Assembly (NCBI GenBank): GCA_013265495.1
Contig: MU057651.1
Coordinates: 1,871,674-1,935,673 of the forward strand
Origin: Vicugna vicugna
Lineage: Eukaryota
Length of the DNA stretch: 64,000 nt
Direction: 5' to 3'
The translations under genes were made by a program, and so were the position numbers. Of this stretch, positions 1 through 12,360 are shown in pieces. The notes under the pieces were generated by a model, which was not told where the DNA came from, ran no database searches, and saw only the letters and a program-made list of their open reading frames with translations. Position 1 is the stretch's first letter; every line of letters starts with the position of its first letter.

Positions 1-279
1 TTTAATCCTCCATGTGGAAGCCCCCCGTGGCTTCACCCTGTCCTGGACTCTGTGCTGGACTCTAAAGTTTTAATGAGCGCTCCCTTGGGAACAGGCCTAT
101 TTGGAGATGGGAAGAAACGACTCCAACGGCAGTAACTCCATGCCTGGCATTGGCAGTAGGTCTCGCACAAAATGATGTCAGTGATTCTGTGTCATCTGTT
201 TGTAGTCTGACTGCCAGAACTTTACTGTCCCGTCTTTAGTTACTCACCACTTAAACTTCCTAAAAGACTAGGTTAGTAA

Positions 280-860
280 GTATCCCAAGATGGATATTAG
301 TGAGAAAAACATACAGCCCAGACAGGGTCTTGGATGTCAAAAAATATAAAGTGATAAATAAACATATGGAAATGGAAACTTATAAGAATTCAAATGATGA
401 ACATTATAACCACAGTATACATTTTTACCCTCATGGTAATTTAAAAAAAAATGATAGTATCTACCTTTGAAAAAATGTGGTCAAATAGATAAACATGCTG
501 TAGAGGTAAATTTCAATATTTATCAAACATGATAAAAATATTCATACTTTTGATAATAAATTTTCACTGTTTGAGGTTTCATTGTGGGGAATTGCATACA
601 CAAAAAGGAAGGGCAAAGATTATATACATTTAAACATCGTGGAAAGGTTAATTAAAATATGGGACATCCACACAGGGAAAAATTTTGTGGTTGTTAAAAT
701 AAAACTATGACTTAAGAAGTATTCACGTCTTATAGTCAAGGAACATGCAAGGGTTTACTATGACAATGCTGAGTGTAGCGTGAATGCTACATGCCTCTTT
801 AGGCATTCGATCTTCTCCCCAAACTTTCTACAAAAATCATGTACTATTTTTAGGGTCAGA
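280..860 (+). mobile_element. Very old L1 (L1ME-like) 3' region, highly decayed
   Basis: A-rich strand with degenerate L1 3'-end-like motifs (e.g. 'tatgggacatccacacagggaaaattttgtggttgttaaaa'); no ORF. Confidence 0.4.
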
Positions 861-1061
861 AAAATTTTATTATGGTGCCAACAAAGCATTCTGACGTGAC
901 TTCGATACTGTAGGAAATGATCAAATCATTTTGTGCAGGACCTTTATTTGCTCAGCTGGACTTAGGACAATTTCTCATGTGGGAGAATCATACTGCAGGG
1001 TGACTTTGCTGGCAAATTCTTTTCAATGCATTTGGGAAGAGCTGGGCATATTTTCCAAAAC

Positions 1062-1279
1062 CAAGAAGTTTGCAACAACCAGCCACACCCCCTCCCTGCT
1101 TTTCGTATAAAAGGAGCCTGAATTCTGACTCGGGGAAGATGGTTCTCCAGGACATGAGTCCCCCGTCTTCTCCATCTGCTGACTTTCCAAATAAAGTCGC
1201 TCTTCCCCGCCCCAACACCTCGTCTCCCGATTTACTGGCCTGTCATGTGGTGAGCGGAACGAGTGTGGACTTGGTAACA
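1062..1279 (+). mobile_element. ERV1-class LTR, family A, 5'-truncated (3' part only)
   Basis: Aligns by eye to the 3' part of the LTR at 56102-56617; TATAAAA, AATAAA and terminal 'ggtaaca'. Confidence 0.85.
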
Positions 1280-2551
1280 CGTGGAGAAAATAGGTAAATA
1301 AAAGCAAGACAGTCATCACAAAAAAACATTTTTTCTGTGTGGACCCCACATACAGCATTCTTCTATTTCCCCCTGCTGATCAGAATAATTCAAGAGGCTA
1401 ATAATGCTATCCTGGAAGTCTAAATTAAAAAAAATTTAAACACCTAGTTTTTTCCTCCTGATATATCATGATAGAAAATGGGCATTTGAAATCTTCTGAA
1501 GAGACTCCCTAAGGTGATTGCCTTTCAAGGCATCGACAAGTCATGAGCAAGACCCATTAGGAACCACTGAGAAGACGGTCATTGGGGAACCAGCTCCAAG
1601 TTAAATTAGCTGCTGGTGAATATTGGAATTTAATTTTTCCTTACTGCAAAAGCTGCTAGAAGATTCAGGAAAAATTGAGCAGGGTCACAGAGCTGAGCAA
1701 AACATCCCAGTTTCCCTGACACCAGCTTTAGCCTTGCTTGAATATTTTCTGGTCTAATAGAACATAATATCCGAACGGGGTCAGCAGGGGTACACACCTT
1801 TTCCAACTGCATTTCTGTTCACATTTATGAGGTCTAAGTATAATAAAAAAAAATACTGTAGCTTGAATTCCAAAAACATTTGTATTGCTGATATGGCCTA
1901 AAACTTTTCAGCTAATTGGAAAACTGTACCTTCAAAAGACGTGAAGTTAATACATATATAACACATAGAAGTATGCTGTTTTTTTGGGGGGTTTTTCCTT
2001 CATTTATTTTTTTCTCCTGAGAGCTGAGCCTATGACTACCGCCTCTGGGAATGTTTATTACTTTAATATGAACTGTGTGCACTGCCAAGACTGCTTACAG
2101 ATCCGTGAGTCCCTGTGCAACATTAAAAAGGGGACGCTTGCTCAAAAGTTAGAGGGGAAGTCTTTGTAGAAAGGCACTCAAGTGTAAGTCGTTTTCTTTT
2201 AATTGTATTTTATCCTTATGAAACACAATAAGGGCAGCAGTGATGGAAAAATAAAAGCATGCCCTTAAAAATGACAAAAAGCGACCACTGTGACTTTGTG
2301 TGATAATTTTACGCAATTCCTGAATAATAAGGCTTTATTCATGTGATGTCCGTGTCTGCCCACGGGATTTATCGAGTCAACAAAATTCATCCTTAAGCAA
2401 CTTCGATTTCAACTGGTGTCACTGAAGGTGACATCTGTCTCCCTTAGCAAATGCGGGTTCTCCGTGGTAGAGAAAGTGCAGACTAAGAGGGCGCGGAGGA
2501 GAGAGGGGTCGGACACTTGATGGCTGTCATCCATGCTGGTGCTTGCTTGCT

Positions 2552-2670
2552 CTTTTTGGGGGGGTAAGGGGGAGTAATTAGGTTTATTTTTTCAGTGGAG
2601 GGACTGGGGATTGAACCCAGGACCTCGTGCATGCAAAACTCACCCTCCACCCCTGAGCTACCCCCTCCCT
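2552..2670 (-). mobile_element. tRNA-derived SINE, camelid vic-1-like
   Basis: Reverse complement reads ggggaggggggtagctcagg...gcatgcacgaggtcctgggttcaatccccagt (A/B-box-like) then 'aaataaacctaattactcccc' and an A-rich end. Confidence 0.85.
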
Positions 2671-4499
2671 CAATGGTCCATGTCCTTAAGTATGAGCAGA
2701 CAGGCCGTGGATGCTAACAGAGCCATGTAGACCTCCGAGGAAATTCTCTTACATGGAATAAATAAACAGAAAAAAAGTAAAGAAACGTAGTTTGGAAAAA
2801 GCAGACCCGTGTGACTCCAGCATCGTGGTGGGTCCATTTGCAACTGACTCCCGATTCTGAGACCAGAAATTGGTCTATTACCACACTGGGGTAACAGCCA
2901 CGTGACTCTGATGCTCGGGGAGGAAGGACGGAAGGGGATGGGGGTCGGGGAGCAGGGCAAAGGCAGGAGAGACCAGAGAGCCCACTCTTTGTGTCTTCTT
3001 TGCAGTGGTTGGATCCTCCGCCATCACCGCCTTGTTTTGAGGGACGATAAGGAGGATCTTGCTTCCTATTTAGTTATTTTTCACAAAGTAGAAACACAGA
3101 AAGCAGAAACTTTTATAGTTAGAAAAGTCTATAGAGATTTTTATATAAAGGTGACCTGTTCCCATTGTAATGTTTAAAAATGGACTTTTTTTTTTTTTTT
3201 TTTCCAGGAGTCTCCAAATCTAATACATTTCCTGAAACTCTGATTTGGAAGACGAAATATGTCTAAGTGCACCTGCTTTTCCATTCCCTTTTTTATCCCC
3301 AAAGCCCAGTTCGGTCCTCACTGAGGGCTGCATGCTGGTAGCCGGGCAGCGAGGGACTGGACACTTACCTCTCATGGTCTCATGACAGACCATCTGGATT
3401 TCTTCTTACAAGTCATTTATTCGTGAGATGAACAAACTCAGTCAGGCATCATTGCACCTACTCAGGACCAACATTGGATGCCCGCTTCCCAAGCTTCCAG
3501 TTTGCAGACAAAGCGCTCAGAAGGAGGTGGACCAACGCAAGATGAGCAAGTCACGTGCGTCACTGCAAGACACCGCACGTTCCAGAATTGGATGACGCTG
3601 GTCGAGGGCAGGTTCACTGCTAAAGGGACGTCTTCTCAGGGTCCTTACACAGAGGGTATGTCTCACAGCGACCTGTTTGGGACACGGTGCTTCAAGCCTC
3701 TATATACAGAATTCATTTCTCCAACTTTATGCTGCAAGAACCAGTCGGGATGAGCTGCTTTCGAAGGAAGAAAATTAATCACGCGCCGTGCGCCAGACAC
3801 AGTGCCGAACACAGCAGAGTTGTCCACAGACTTAGACACAATGTCAATGCCGCCTTCTCGTCCCGGTGGCTACTACATGTATATTAATATCCTGAATGCA
3901 TAGATGACACTAAGCCACATTCCGGGTCATACAGACGCCAAAGATCTGTTTTTCACACCCAAGCATGACAGCGATCCAGGACCTGACCTCATTCCCTGAA
4001 CGTCTGGTTATTTCTAACTATAGAGAATCACTTGAGTGCTTGGGAGCCGCCCGTTTCCCTCATGAATATGCACGCTGCCTCCTTCAGCGCGCCAGGCGGG
4101 GACACCCATCCATCTTGGAAACGAGCGGTTCTCGATGTCCTCATATCAGGGCTAATGGCGTGTGGACAGAACAGAAACAGAGCCTGTGCACGTAATAAGG
4201 CCAGCGCGCACTTCATCACATGGATCTTTGATACGCAAAGTCAACAGTGTTCTCCGAGGATGGAAGAAAAATAAAAAACCGTCTTTCCCGAGGCAGGGCC
4301 AGGCTGCTTGCAGGAAAGCAGGCGTGCGGAGGAGGGGCTGGGCCAAGGTGGAAACTTGCAGGATGCCCTTGGCAGCGGGCAAGAGGGAAGGGGTACTGAG
4401 GCGCCAGGTGGATTTGGAAAGGATTTGGAGGGCAAGCGCAAGAGATGAGCCTGCTGACGTGAGGGCACGCCCGGGAAGGGAGAAGCTGGGGTTCACGAT

Positions 4500-4712
4500 A
4501 ATGTTGGGCGTGCAGGAAAGGGAACCCTCCCGCACTGTGGGTGGGAATGTCAGTCGGGGCAGCCACTACGGAAAACAGTACGGAGGGTCCTCAAAGAATT
4601 AAAAATCGAGCTACCGTATGATCCAGCAACTCCACTCCAGGGTATATGTGCTAATGAACTAAAACCAAGGTCTCAAAGAGCTGCCTGCACCCCTGTGTTC
4701 ACTGCAGCATTA
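4500..4712 (+). mobile_element. L1 ORF2 C-terminal fragment
   Basis: 'aaagggaaccctcccgcactgtgggtgggaatgt...agccactacggaaaacagtacggagg...tatgatccagcaactccactcc' matches the L1 ORF2 3' end. Confidence 0.85.
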
Positions 4713-5129
4713 AAACGAGCGTGCTTCGAAAGGACGGGGACATGGAGGGAGCAGAAGTCTGGGAAGTTGTGTCAGAGAAGGAATCCAGTTCTGGAATAGG
4801 TTTAAGACTTCGGCGAGCATTCTGGAGGACTGAGTTTCAGGGTCACCCTCCAAATGACTCTTAGCGCAGAGGATGGGGGCAGTGACAGCACAGAGATAAA
4901 GGCTCTGAGACCTGTTGGCAGGAGACCAAGTTGGGTGAAAACAGGCCATATTTCAGTGCTTCTACCGAAGTCACTCGGAGATCTCAGACCAGAGATGCGG
5001 AAGTAAGTGTGACGCTAGACAAACCCACCAGAATGCAAATGGGCGTTCATTCGAGAGCAAAATGAAGTAACTTGCGCAGTTACAGCATCTCGATGTTCAA
5101 AATCTGGGTGAAAGGAGTAAAGAATTAAC

Positions 5130-5424
5130 CCAGGGGGAGGGAGGTGGGAGGGAATAAACTGGGAGTTTGAGATTTGCAGATACTGACTAGCATATATAGA
5201 ACAGATAAATAAATTCATATTGTATAGCACAGGGAAGTATATTTGATATCTTGTAGTAATTTACAGTGAAAAAGAATATGAAAATGAATATGTGTATGTG
5301 CATGTGTGACTGAAGCATCGTGCTGTGCACCAGAAATTGACACCACATTGTAAACTGACTATACCTCAATAAAAAAAAATACAAGAAAAAAATATAGAAA
5401 TTATGGGGGTAAAATTAAAAAAAG
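5130..5424 (+). mobile_element. 5'-truncated L1 3' UTR with poly(A) and 10-bp TSD
   Basis: 'gggagtttgagatttgcagatac...aactgactatacctcaataaaaaaaaa'; TSD aagaattaac at 5120-5129 and 5425-5434. Confidence 0.9.
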
Positions 5425-5907
5425 AAGAATTAACACTACGACCTTGATTCTAAAAAGAATTCTAAGACCTTGATTGTGTGCCACCATTTTGTCATTCACA
5501 GGACGTTTTCTGATTGCCTGAAATGTCCCAGTGATCAGACTGTATGTTCTGTTCTAGAAGTACACAGAAGGATTAGCCACTGCTGATGGCTTTGGTCAAA
5601 TACGTGGAGGTGGGGAGATGAGGGAGAGTCACAGAAGGACCCACCAAGGAAGTGTGCGCACCTCAAAGGCAGCGCTCCCCATCAGAGTCTACAGGAAATC
5701 CAAGGTCAGAAGAACTGCTTGTGTAGCTGGAGTTCGGAGGAGAAATCATTTCACATTCTTCACCAGTTCCTCCCCTACTGAGCTGGACATTCATTCGCTG
5801 ATTTAAGTTTGACTGATCTCACACAATGGACGTCTCAGTCCCTAACTTGGGTGACAAAATTGGTGACTTGACCACAGATTATTCAACATCAAGAAAGAAG
5901 GACATAA

Positions 5908-6500
5908 TATACCCAAAGGGAATTCAAATTTGAAAAGACACCTGCACCCCAGTGTTCACAGCAGCACTATTTACAACATTCAAGACATGGAAACAGCCTA
6001 AATGTCCATCAACAGATGACTGGGTTAAGAAGATGTGGCATATTTATACAATGGAATACTAGTCAGCCATGAAAAGGATAACATAATGCCATTTGCAGCA
6101 ACATAGATGGGCCTGGAGATGGTCATTCTAAGTGAAGGAAGACAGAAAGACAAATGCCAAATGGTACCACTCATATGTGGAATCTTAAAAAAAGAAAAAC
6201 GAATACACTAATGAACTTATCTACAAAACAGAAACAGACACACAGACATGGTGAACAATCTTATGGTTATGGGGGGGGAGGAGAGGAATGGATAAACTTG
6301 GGAGTTCAAGATTTGTAAATATTCATTACTATATAAAAATAGATTAAAAAACAAGTTTCTTCTGTAGAGCACTGGGAGCTATATTCAATATCTTGTAATA
6401 ACCGTTAATGAAAAAGAGTATATGTATGTATATACATAATCTGTGCTGTGCACCAGAGATTAACACGTTGCAACTGACTGTACTTCAATAAAAAAAAGAA
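5908..6500 (+). mobile_element. L1 3' end (end of ORF2 + 3' UTR + poly(A))
   Basis: 'tgttcacagcagcactatttacaa...aaatgtccatcaacagatgactgg...gccatttgcagcaacatagatgg', ending 'tacttcaataaaaaaaa'. Confidence 0.9.
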
Positions 6501-6949
6501 TGAAAGCTATCCATTTTAATGAAATAAAATAATTGAAGGGCAATTATTTGAGCTTCTAAGGGAAAATTAAAAAAAAAATTCTTAAATCTGTGCTCCAATT
6601 CATAACCCAACAGCACAGTGTGAGTCCTTCCCTCAAGCAGCAGTGGGCAGAGCGAACACATCGGTTCCCAGCAGGGCATCCCACGTGGCCGGACTGCAGA
6701 CTTCCTTGCAGAGTCTGATCTCTGAAGTGTGCATCCTGGGGCCATATCATAGACTTTCGGCAGGAGGAGTCTGAGGGTGAAGCCCAGAGATCTGTACCCA
6801 TGAAAACCTCAGCTGATGGAGTGACCGTGTTCTAGGAGAGCCTGAGGACCTTCCGCTCAAAGCACGTCCATGGCTAGTGTTGTGGGTTCCAACAGACTTT
6901 CATGGGTCTCTCCGCACACTCAAGGGCTGCAGAGCTTTCAGAGCAGCCT

Positions 6950-7380
6950 TTCTAACTGGATCCTGTGGTTCTACTGCAGAAGGCATTCAAGAGCAAGGCA
7001 TGGTAAAGTGAAAGCAAGTTTATTCAGAGAGGCACACACTCCACGGACAGGGTGCAGGTCATCTCAGAAGACGAGAGAGTCACCACGGGGTGCGGGGTTG
7101 TTAGATTTTATGAGCCCAGTAATTTCGTATGTTAATGAGTAGGAGGGTTATTCCAACTACTTTGGGGAAAGGGGCAGGGATTTCCAGGAATCAAGCCCCC
7201 ACCCACTTTTTGACCATGGTCAGCCCAGGAGCTGTCATGGCGCCCGTGGGTGCACCGTGGGGCTCACGGTCAACTGGAAGTCCAACCCCTCGCCACCTTG
7301 GTTGTAACCAGTTTGTCCTCAATGGCTGCGTCCTTCCTTCAGTGGGTGTGCCCTGTCCCCGTCCATGTTGCTCCTGCCGG
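6950..7380 (-). mobile_element. ERV1-class solo LTR, family B (copy 1)
   Basis: Colinear with 22910-23343 (shared 'ggcatggtaaagtgaa', 'ggtcaactggaagtc', 'cttggttgtaaccagtttgtcc'); tttatt = AATAAA on the minus strand. Confidence 0.8.
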
Positions 7381-8227
7381 TCCATCCTGAGAGCCACCGT
7401 CCCACCTCTGACTCAGATAGGCAGGCCTTTAGTACCCTGATTCCACATCGTGGCTACATTCCACTCTTCACACACACCATGGTTCTCACATGGAGCTAGA
7501 ATTCTTATTTGTGGATGTTCCAAACATTTGCTATAGGAAAAAAGTAGTGAATATTTCTGGTGACCTTTTAAACAGAGCATAGGCTTCCATAATACGTATT
7601 TGAAAGCACTGTTTTAAAAAAAGAATTTGATCTGCAGTGATTGGATGTTTGAGGCACTAAAGCGAAAAGGGATGGTTTCAGAACACCTCAGAAGGCCTTG
7701 CCCCAGTCAGTCTTCCTCTCTAACATCAGCAATCTCCACGGCCCTGCTCCTCCCCGGTCCTCCGGCTTTCAAGTTGCCTTTTATCCTCAGCAATTTGCAT
7801 AGCATTACCTAGATCTCTCAGTAAGATTTAGAGGAGAAAAAAAAAATCCATCTTCTATCTCGGGTTCAGCTCGATAATTGCAAGGTCCGCACGGGGGCTG
7901 GAAGCTTCCGCAAAGCGTTTATTTGCCCTTGGGTGAGTTGCTAGATCTCTGGAGCAATCTTCCCTTCTGCATGCATGGAGCGAGGTGGCAGAGATGAAAG
8001 GCAGCTTTGAGTCACAAATCAAAACAGAAGGGTGATGCTCGACAGCCGCAGAATTATAACCGATCCGGCTTGGCTCAGCAGTGATTGGAAATAGGTCAGA
8101 GAATGCACATTGGAGTTTAGAGTGTGCAATGGAATATTACATCTTCTTTAATATTCTAACACACTCTTGTCCTGTTCTCAACTGTTTTTCTCTCTTCTCC
8201 TTCTGTCTATCTTTATATATATAAACA

Positions 8228-8470
8228 AAAATAGCTAAGAAATCTTTGGTTCAAAAAGTGATGAGAGAACTTGACTTACAAGATAATAAAATGTGCTTAA
8301 ATCACAACGGCCGTTATAAAGCTGAGGTCGTTTTGCAGAAAGAGATAAACAGAACGAGAGCTCAGAAAGAGAACCTATAAAAGTGAGTAACTGAGAAACG
8401 AGCATCTTAAATCAACGGTGAAAATGTCAGGTATGTAATGAATGGTGCTGGGGGGATGGTCCATCAGAAA
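8228..8470 (+). mobile_element. Very old L1 ORF2 fragment
   Basis: Degenerate similarity to the L1 ORF2 region 'aatagccaag...aacagaatagagagcccagaaa...aatggtgctggg'. Confidence 0.45.
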
Positions 8471-8519
8471 AATGTGGCTATTTTTGGCCATCGAAATCAA
8501 TATTTACTGAAACAAAAGA

Positions 8520-11500
8520 CAAAGTGGATTCAAAGAATTTGGTGACCCTGGTAGGAGACCCTGGTCTTCGTTCTCCTACAAAGATCTATAATTAACAAAA
8601 AACTGATCTGGAGTTCTCTTGAGAAACTTCAGCATCACAGGGGAAGGAAAAACGTGGGGTAACTGCATGGAAAGAGAAGGAAGTCAGGCTCATTGTGCTG
8701 CCTCACCCCATCTTCCAGGTCAGCCCTGCCCAGTTCTGAGTCCGGCTAGAAAGACTTGCCCTCACCAGGAAAGCGAGAGCAGAGGGAGGACCGGTTTCCC
8801 CAGCGTGTTGGGCACCACATGAAGGTCCCACTGTGGCTTCGCCTCACCCAGACTGGTAAGGCTGGGACCTCCAGAGATGGCGACAAGGAAGAAAAGCAGA
8901 TGTCACTCTGAGAATGCAGCAGGAGAGAGCTGGGCGCTCAGCCACCTGCTCTGCAGGTGACAACGGGAGCTTTGACCACAGAAGACACCCACGCCCAGCA
9001 CAGCCACTATAGACGCCCCACAGATCTCACCAGTTTTAGCCCCATGAGTGTTCACATTCACGGGTGCCAGGCAACTGAACTCCTCCCTCCTCCCTACCCC
9101 CAGCCCCTGCCAGAACCTGGGACCCCTCCCCAGCTGCAGAAATGCATGACACCAGCTGAGACCCCTGCAGCTGACCCCCGCCAGCATGCGCACACTCGGG
9201 CTAGTCCCTCTGGACCTAACTCCATACCTCCGGGAACCAGAAGGAAACAGGACAGACTAAGTCCAAAGAGATATGAAAAAAAAAAATCAAGGCAGAAATA
9301 AATGAAACACAGAACAGAAAACTAGAAAAGGTCAATGACTACGAGGTGGTGTTTTGAAAAGATAAACATAATTGACTAGAAAATTACCAAGAAAAAGAGG
9401 GAGAATAAAAATAAATAAAATTATCCATGAAAAATAAATAAAACTATCAATGAAAAATAAAATTATCAACGAAAAATAAATAAAATATCAATGAAAAATA
9501 AATAAAATTATAATGAAAAATAAAATTATCAATGAAAAATGAATAAAATTATGATGAAAAATAAATAAAATTATCAATGAAAAATAAACAAAATCATTGA
9601 AAAAATAAAATTGTCAATGAAAAATAAATAAAATAATCAATGGAAAATAAATAAAATTATCAATGGAACCACAGAAATACAAACCTCATAAGGGACTACT
9701 CTGGACAATTATATGCCAACAAATTGGACAATGAAGAGAAGCTGGTAAGTTCCCAGAAACATACAACCTACCATGTCTGAGTCATAAAGGAATAGAAAAA
9801 TCTGGAACAGATCAGTAACAAATAAGCTCATTGAATTAGCCATCAAAACTCTCCCAACCAAGAAAAACCCAGGTGTCTCCATGGTGAATCCTTTTAATGA
9901 ACAGGTGAAACATTGAAAGAAGAAATAAACCAACTCTTCTCAAACTCTTCCAAAAAAATTAAAGAGAGTGGAACACACCCCACCTCATTTTATGAGGCCA
10001 GCATCACCCTGGTATCAAAGCCAGAAAGAAGAAATAAAACCACAGGTCTGTTTTCCTGATGAATACAAATAAATAAATTGTCAACAAAATATGAGCAAAC
10101 TGAATTTAACAGCATATGAAAAGGATCGCCCACCATGACCAGGTGGGGTTGATCCATGGGCTGCAATAGAATGAAAAGCAAAAATTGTATGATAATCTCA
10201 AATCTCAATGGATTCAGAATAATTATTTGGCAAAATTCAGTATCTTTTATAATGAAAGCTCTCAAAAAGTGAATACAGAAAAATGCACATCTTAACATAA
10301 TGATAAAGACCACTTACGGCAAAGCCGCAGCCAACCTGATTCTCAGTGGTGAAGAGTTAAGAGCTTTCTCCCAAAGACCAGGAGCAAGATGAGGGGGCTT
10401 GCCCTCAGCACTTCCGTTCCACAGGGCACCAGAAGTGCCAGCCAGAGCATGCAGGCAAGTAAAAGAAAGAAAGGGCACCCAAGCCAGAAGTGAAGAGCTA
10501 AAACTGTCTCTATTTGCTGATGACCTAAACTCATATAGAGAAAAATCACAAATATCCCACCAAAAAAATTATAAGGCTGAGTAAGCCATTCAGTAAAGTT
10601 CCAGGATACAAAATTAACACACAGAAATCAGTTGCATGTTCGTACACCAACAATTAACTACACGAGAATGAAACAAATATGAAATAAACAGCACCAAAAA
10701 CAACTGTATACGTAGGGATAAATCTAACTAAGAAAGTGAGAGACTTACACACCCAAAAGTATAAGATGTTAATGAAAGAAATTTTAAAAGTCACAATTAG
10801 ATGGAAAGATGTCCCATGTTAATAGATTCCAAAGAGCTGTTAGGGTTAAAATGCCCATATTACCTAAAGGAATCTACCAACTCAACAAATCCTATCAAAA
10901 TTCCGAGGGCATTGTTCACAGAAATAGGGAAAAAAAGATCCTACAATTTGTATGGGACCATAAAAGACCTTGACTAACCAAAGGAATCTTGAGGAAGAAG
11001 AATAAAGCTGGAGGCATCGCACGTTCTCATTTCAAACTATATTACAAAGCTCTAGTAATAAAACAGTGTGGCAATGGTGCACAATGTATATATAGTTATG
11101 ACCTGGTGGCCAGCAATGCTCAGAGGGGAACGGATAGCTTTTTCAGCGTACGGCGTTGGGAAAATAATGCAAATGGATGAAACTGCCCTCGTATTTACAT
11201 TGCCCACACAAAGTAACTCAAAATGCGCTCACGACTTCAATGGAAGACTCAAAATTTAAAAGTCCAAGGAAAAGTACCTCAGCAATGATTATTTTGGATC
11301 TGACACCAAAAGCAAAGGCAACAAAAACCAACAAGTGAACAAAAAGTGGTGCCACATCCAACTGAAACGCTTCTGCATGGCACGAGGAACAGTCAATTAA
11401 ATAAAAAGGTAATCTATGGAGGGACAGAAAATATTTTCAAACCGTGTATCTGGTAAGAGATTGGTATCCGAAATAAATAAGACGGCCATACAACACAAAC

Positions 11501-11760
11501 ACAACAAAATGTATCCAAACATCCAATTAAAAGGTGGGCAAGGATTGGAACAGACACGTTTTCCCCCCAAAGACATACATGTAGCCAAACGTGTAAGATG
11601 CTCAACACCGTGAGTTATCATCCAGCAAGAAATGACACAAGGGGTCTCCTGGACCGAGACAGAACTTGAGAAACGTTTCAGAAATAACATTTGCCAAACC
11701 GGACGACCAAGTGTGGATGGTCTGGGAAAGAGCTGGAAGCCACTGCAGTGATACTGGCAT
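8520..11760 (+). mobile_element. Old L1 (L1MA/MB-like): putative 5' UTR segment joined to decayed ORF2 (RT region)
   Basis: 9250-11760 follows L1 ORF2 ('ttatatgccaacaaattggacaa', 'tcattttatgaggccagcatcaccctg', ...LKLSLFADD in the 10399 ORF = RT FADD motif); many stops and frameshifts. Assignment of 8520-9240 to the 5' UTR is less certain. Confidence 0.85.
9405..9665. repeat. A-rich minisatellite, unit ~19-23 bp (aaaaataaataaaattatcaatg), about 12 copies, inside L1 ORF2
   Basis: Directly visible tandem units. Confidence 0.95.
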
Positions 11761-11934
11761 TTTTAGGTCTAGGGTTGAGATGGTGCAGACTGGAGCAACC
11801 AAGACGGAAAATGAGAAAGGTCAAGAGTAGAGACCTCGGGCGGACCACTCCGTTTGGAAGACTTAAATGATATGTAACAGCTACACAGAGATTTGGGGAT
11901 TCCCCTGCGTGAAAGAAGAAAGGGACTGAAAAAA

Positions 11935-12360
11935 ATAAACAATGCCATTTGCAGCAGCATGGATGGACCTGGAGACGGCATTCTAAGTGGAGTAAGAAAG
12001 AAAGACAAAGAAAAATGCCATATGAGATCACTCATATGTGGAATCTAAAGAAAAAAGACAAATAAACTCATTTATGAAATAGAAACAGACTCACAGACGT
12101 AGAAAATAAACTTATGGCTACCAGCGGGGGAAGGGGGTGGGAAGGGATAAACTGGGATTTGCAGAGACTGACTAACACATATAAAAGTGATAAAGAGCAA
12201 GGCCCTACTGTGCAGCACAGGGAACTGTATTTAATATCTTGTAGTGGCCTGTAATGAAAAACAACACGAGAAGGAATGCATGCACGTACACGTATGACTG
12301 AAGCATTGTGCTGTGCACCAGCCACTGACACATAAACGGAGTATACGTCAATTAAAAAAA
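11935..12360 (+). mobile_element. L1 3' end (3' UTR + poly(A))
   Basis: 'aatgccatttgcagcagcatggatggacctggag...gaaacagactcacagacgtagaaaataaacttatgg...tcaattaaaaaaa'. Confidence 0.9.

Noticed and set aside
1630..1812. Minus-strand open frame bounded by CAG and GTAAGG, a possible coding exon
   Set aside because: No polypyrimidine tract, no recognisable homology and no partner exons
2600..2670. tRNA-like sequence
   Set aside because: Degenerate SINE head continuing into the SINE body, not an intact tRNA gene
3186..3270. Strong T-tract + CAG acceptor
   Set aside because: All three frames reach stop codons within ~60 nt and no good donor follows
9405..9665. Regular repeats that could be mistaken for a CRISPR array
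   Set aside because: Head-to-tail units with no unique spacers, inside a mammalian L1, and no cas genes
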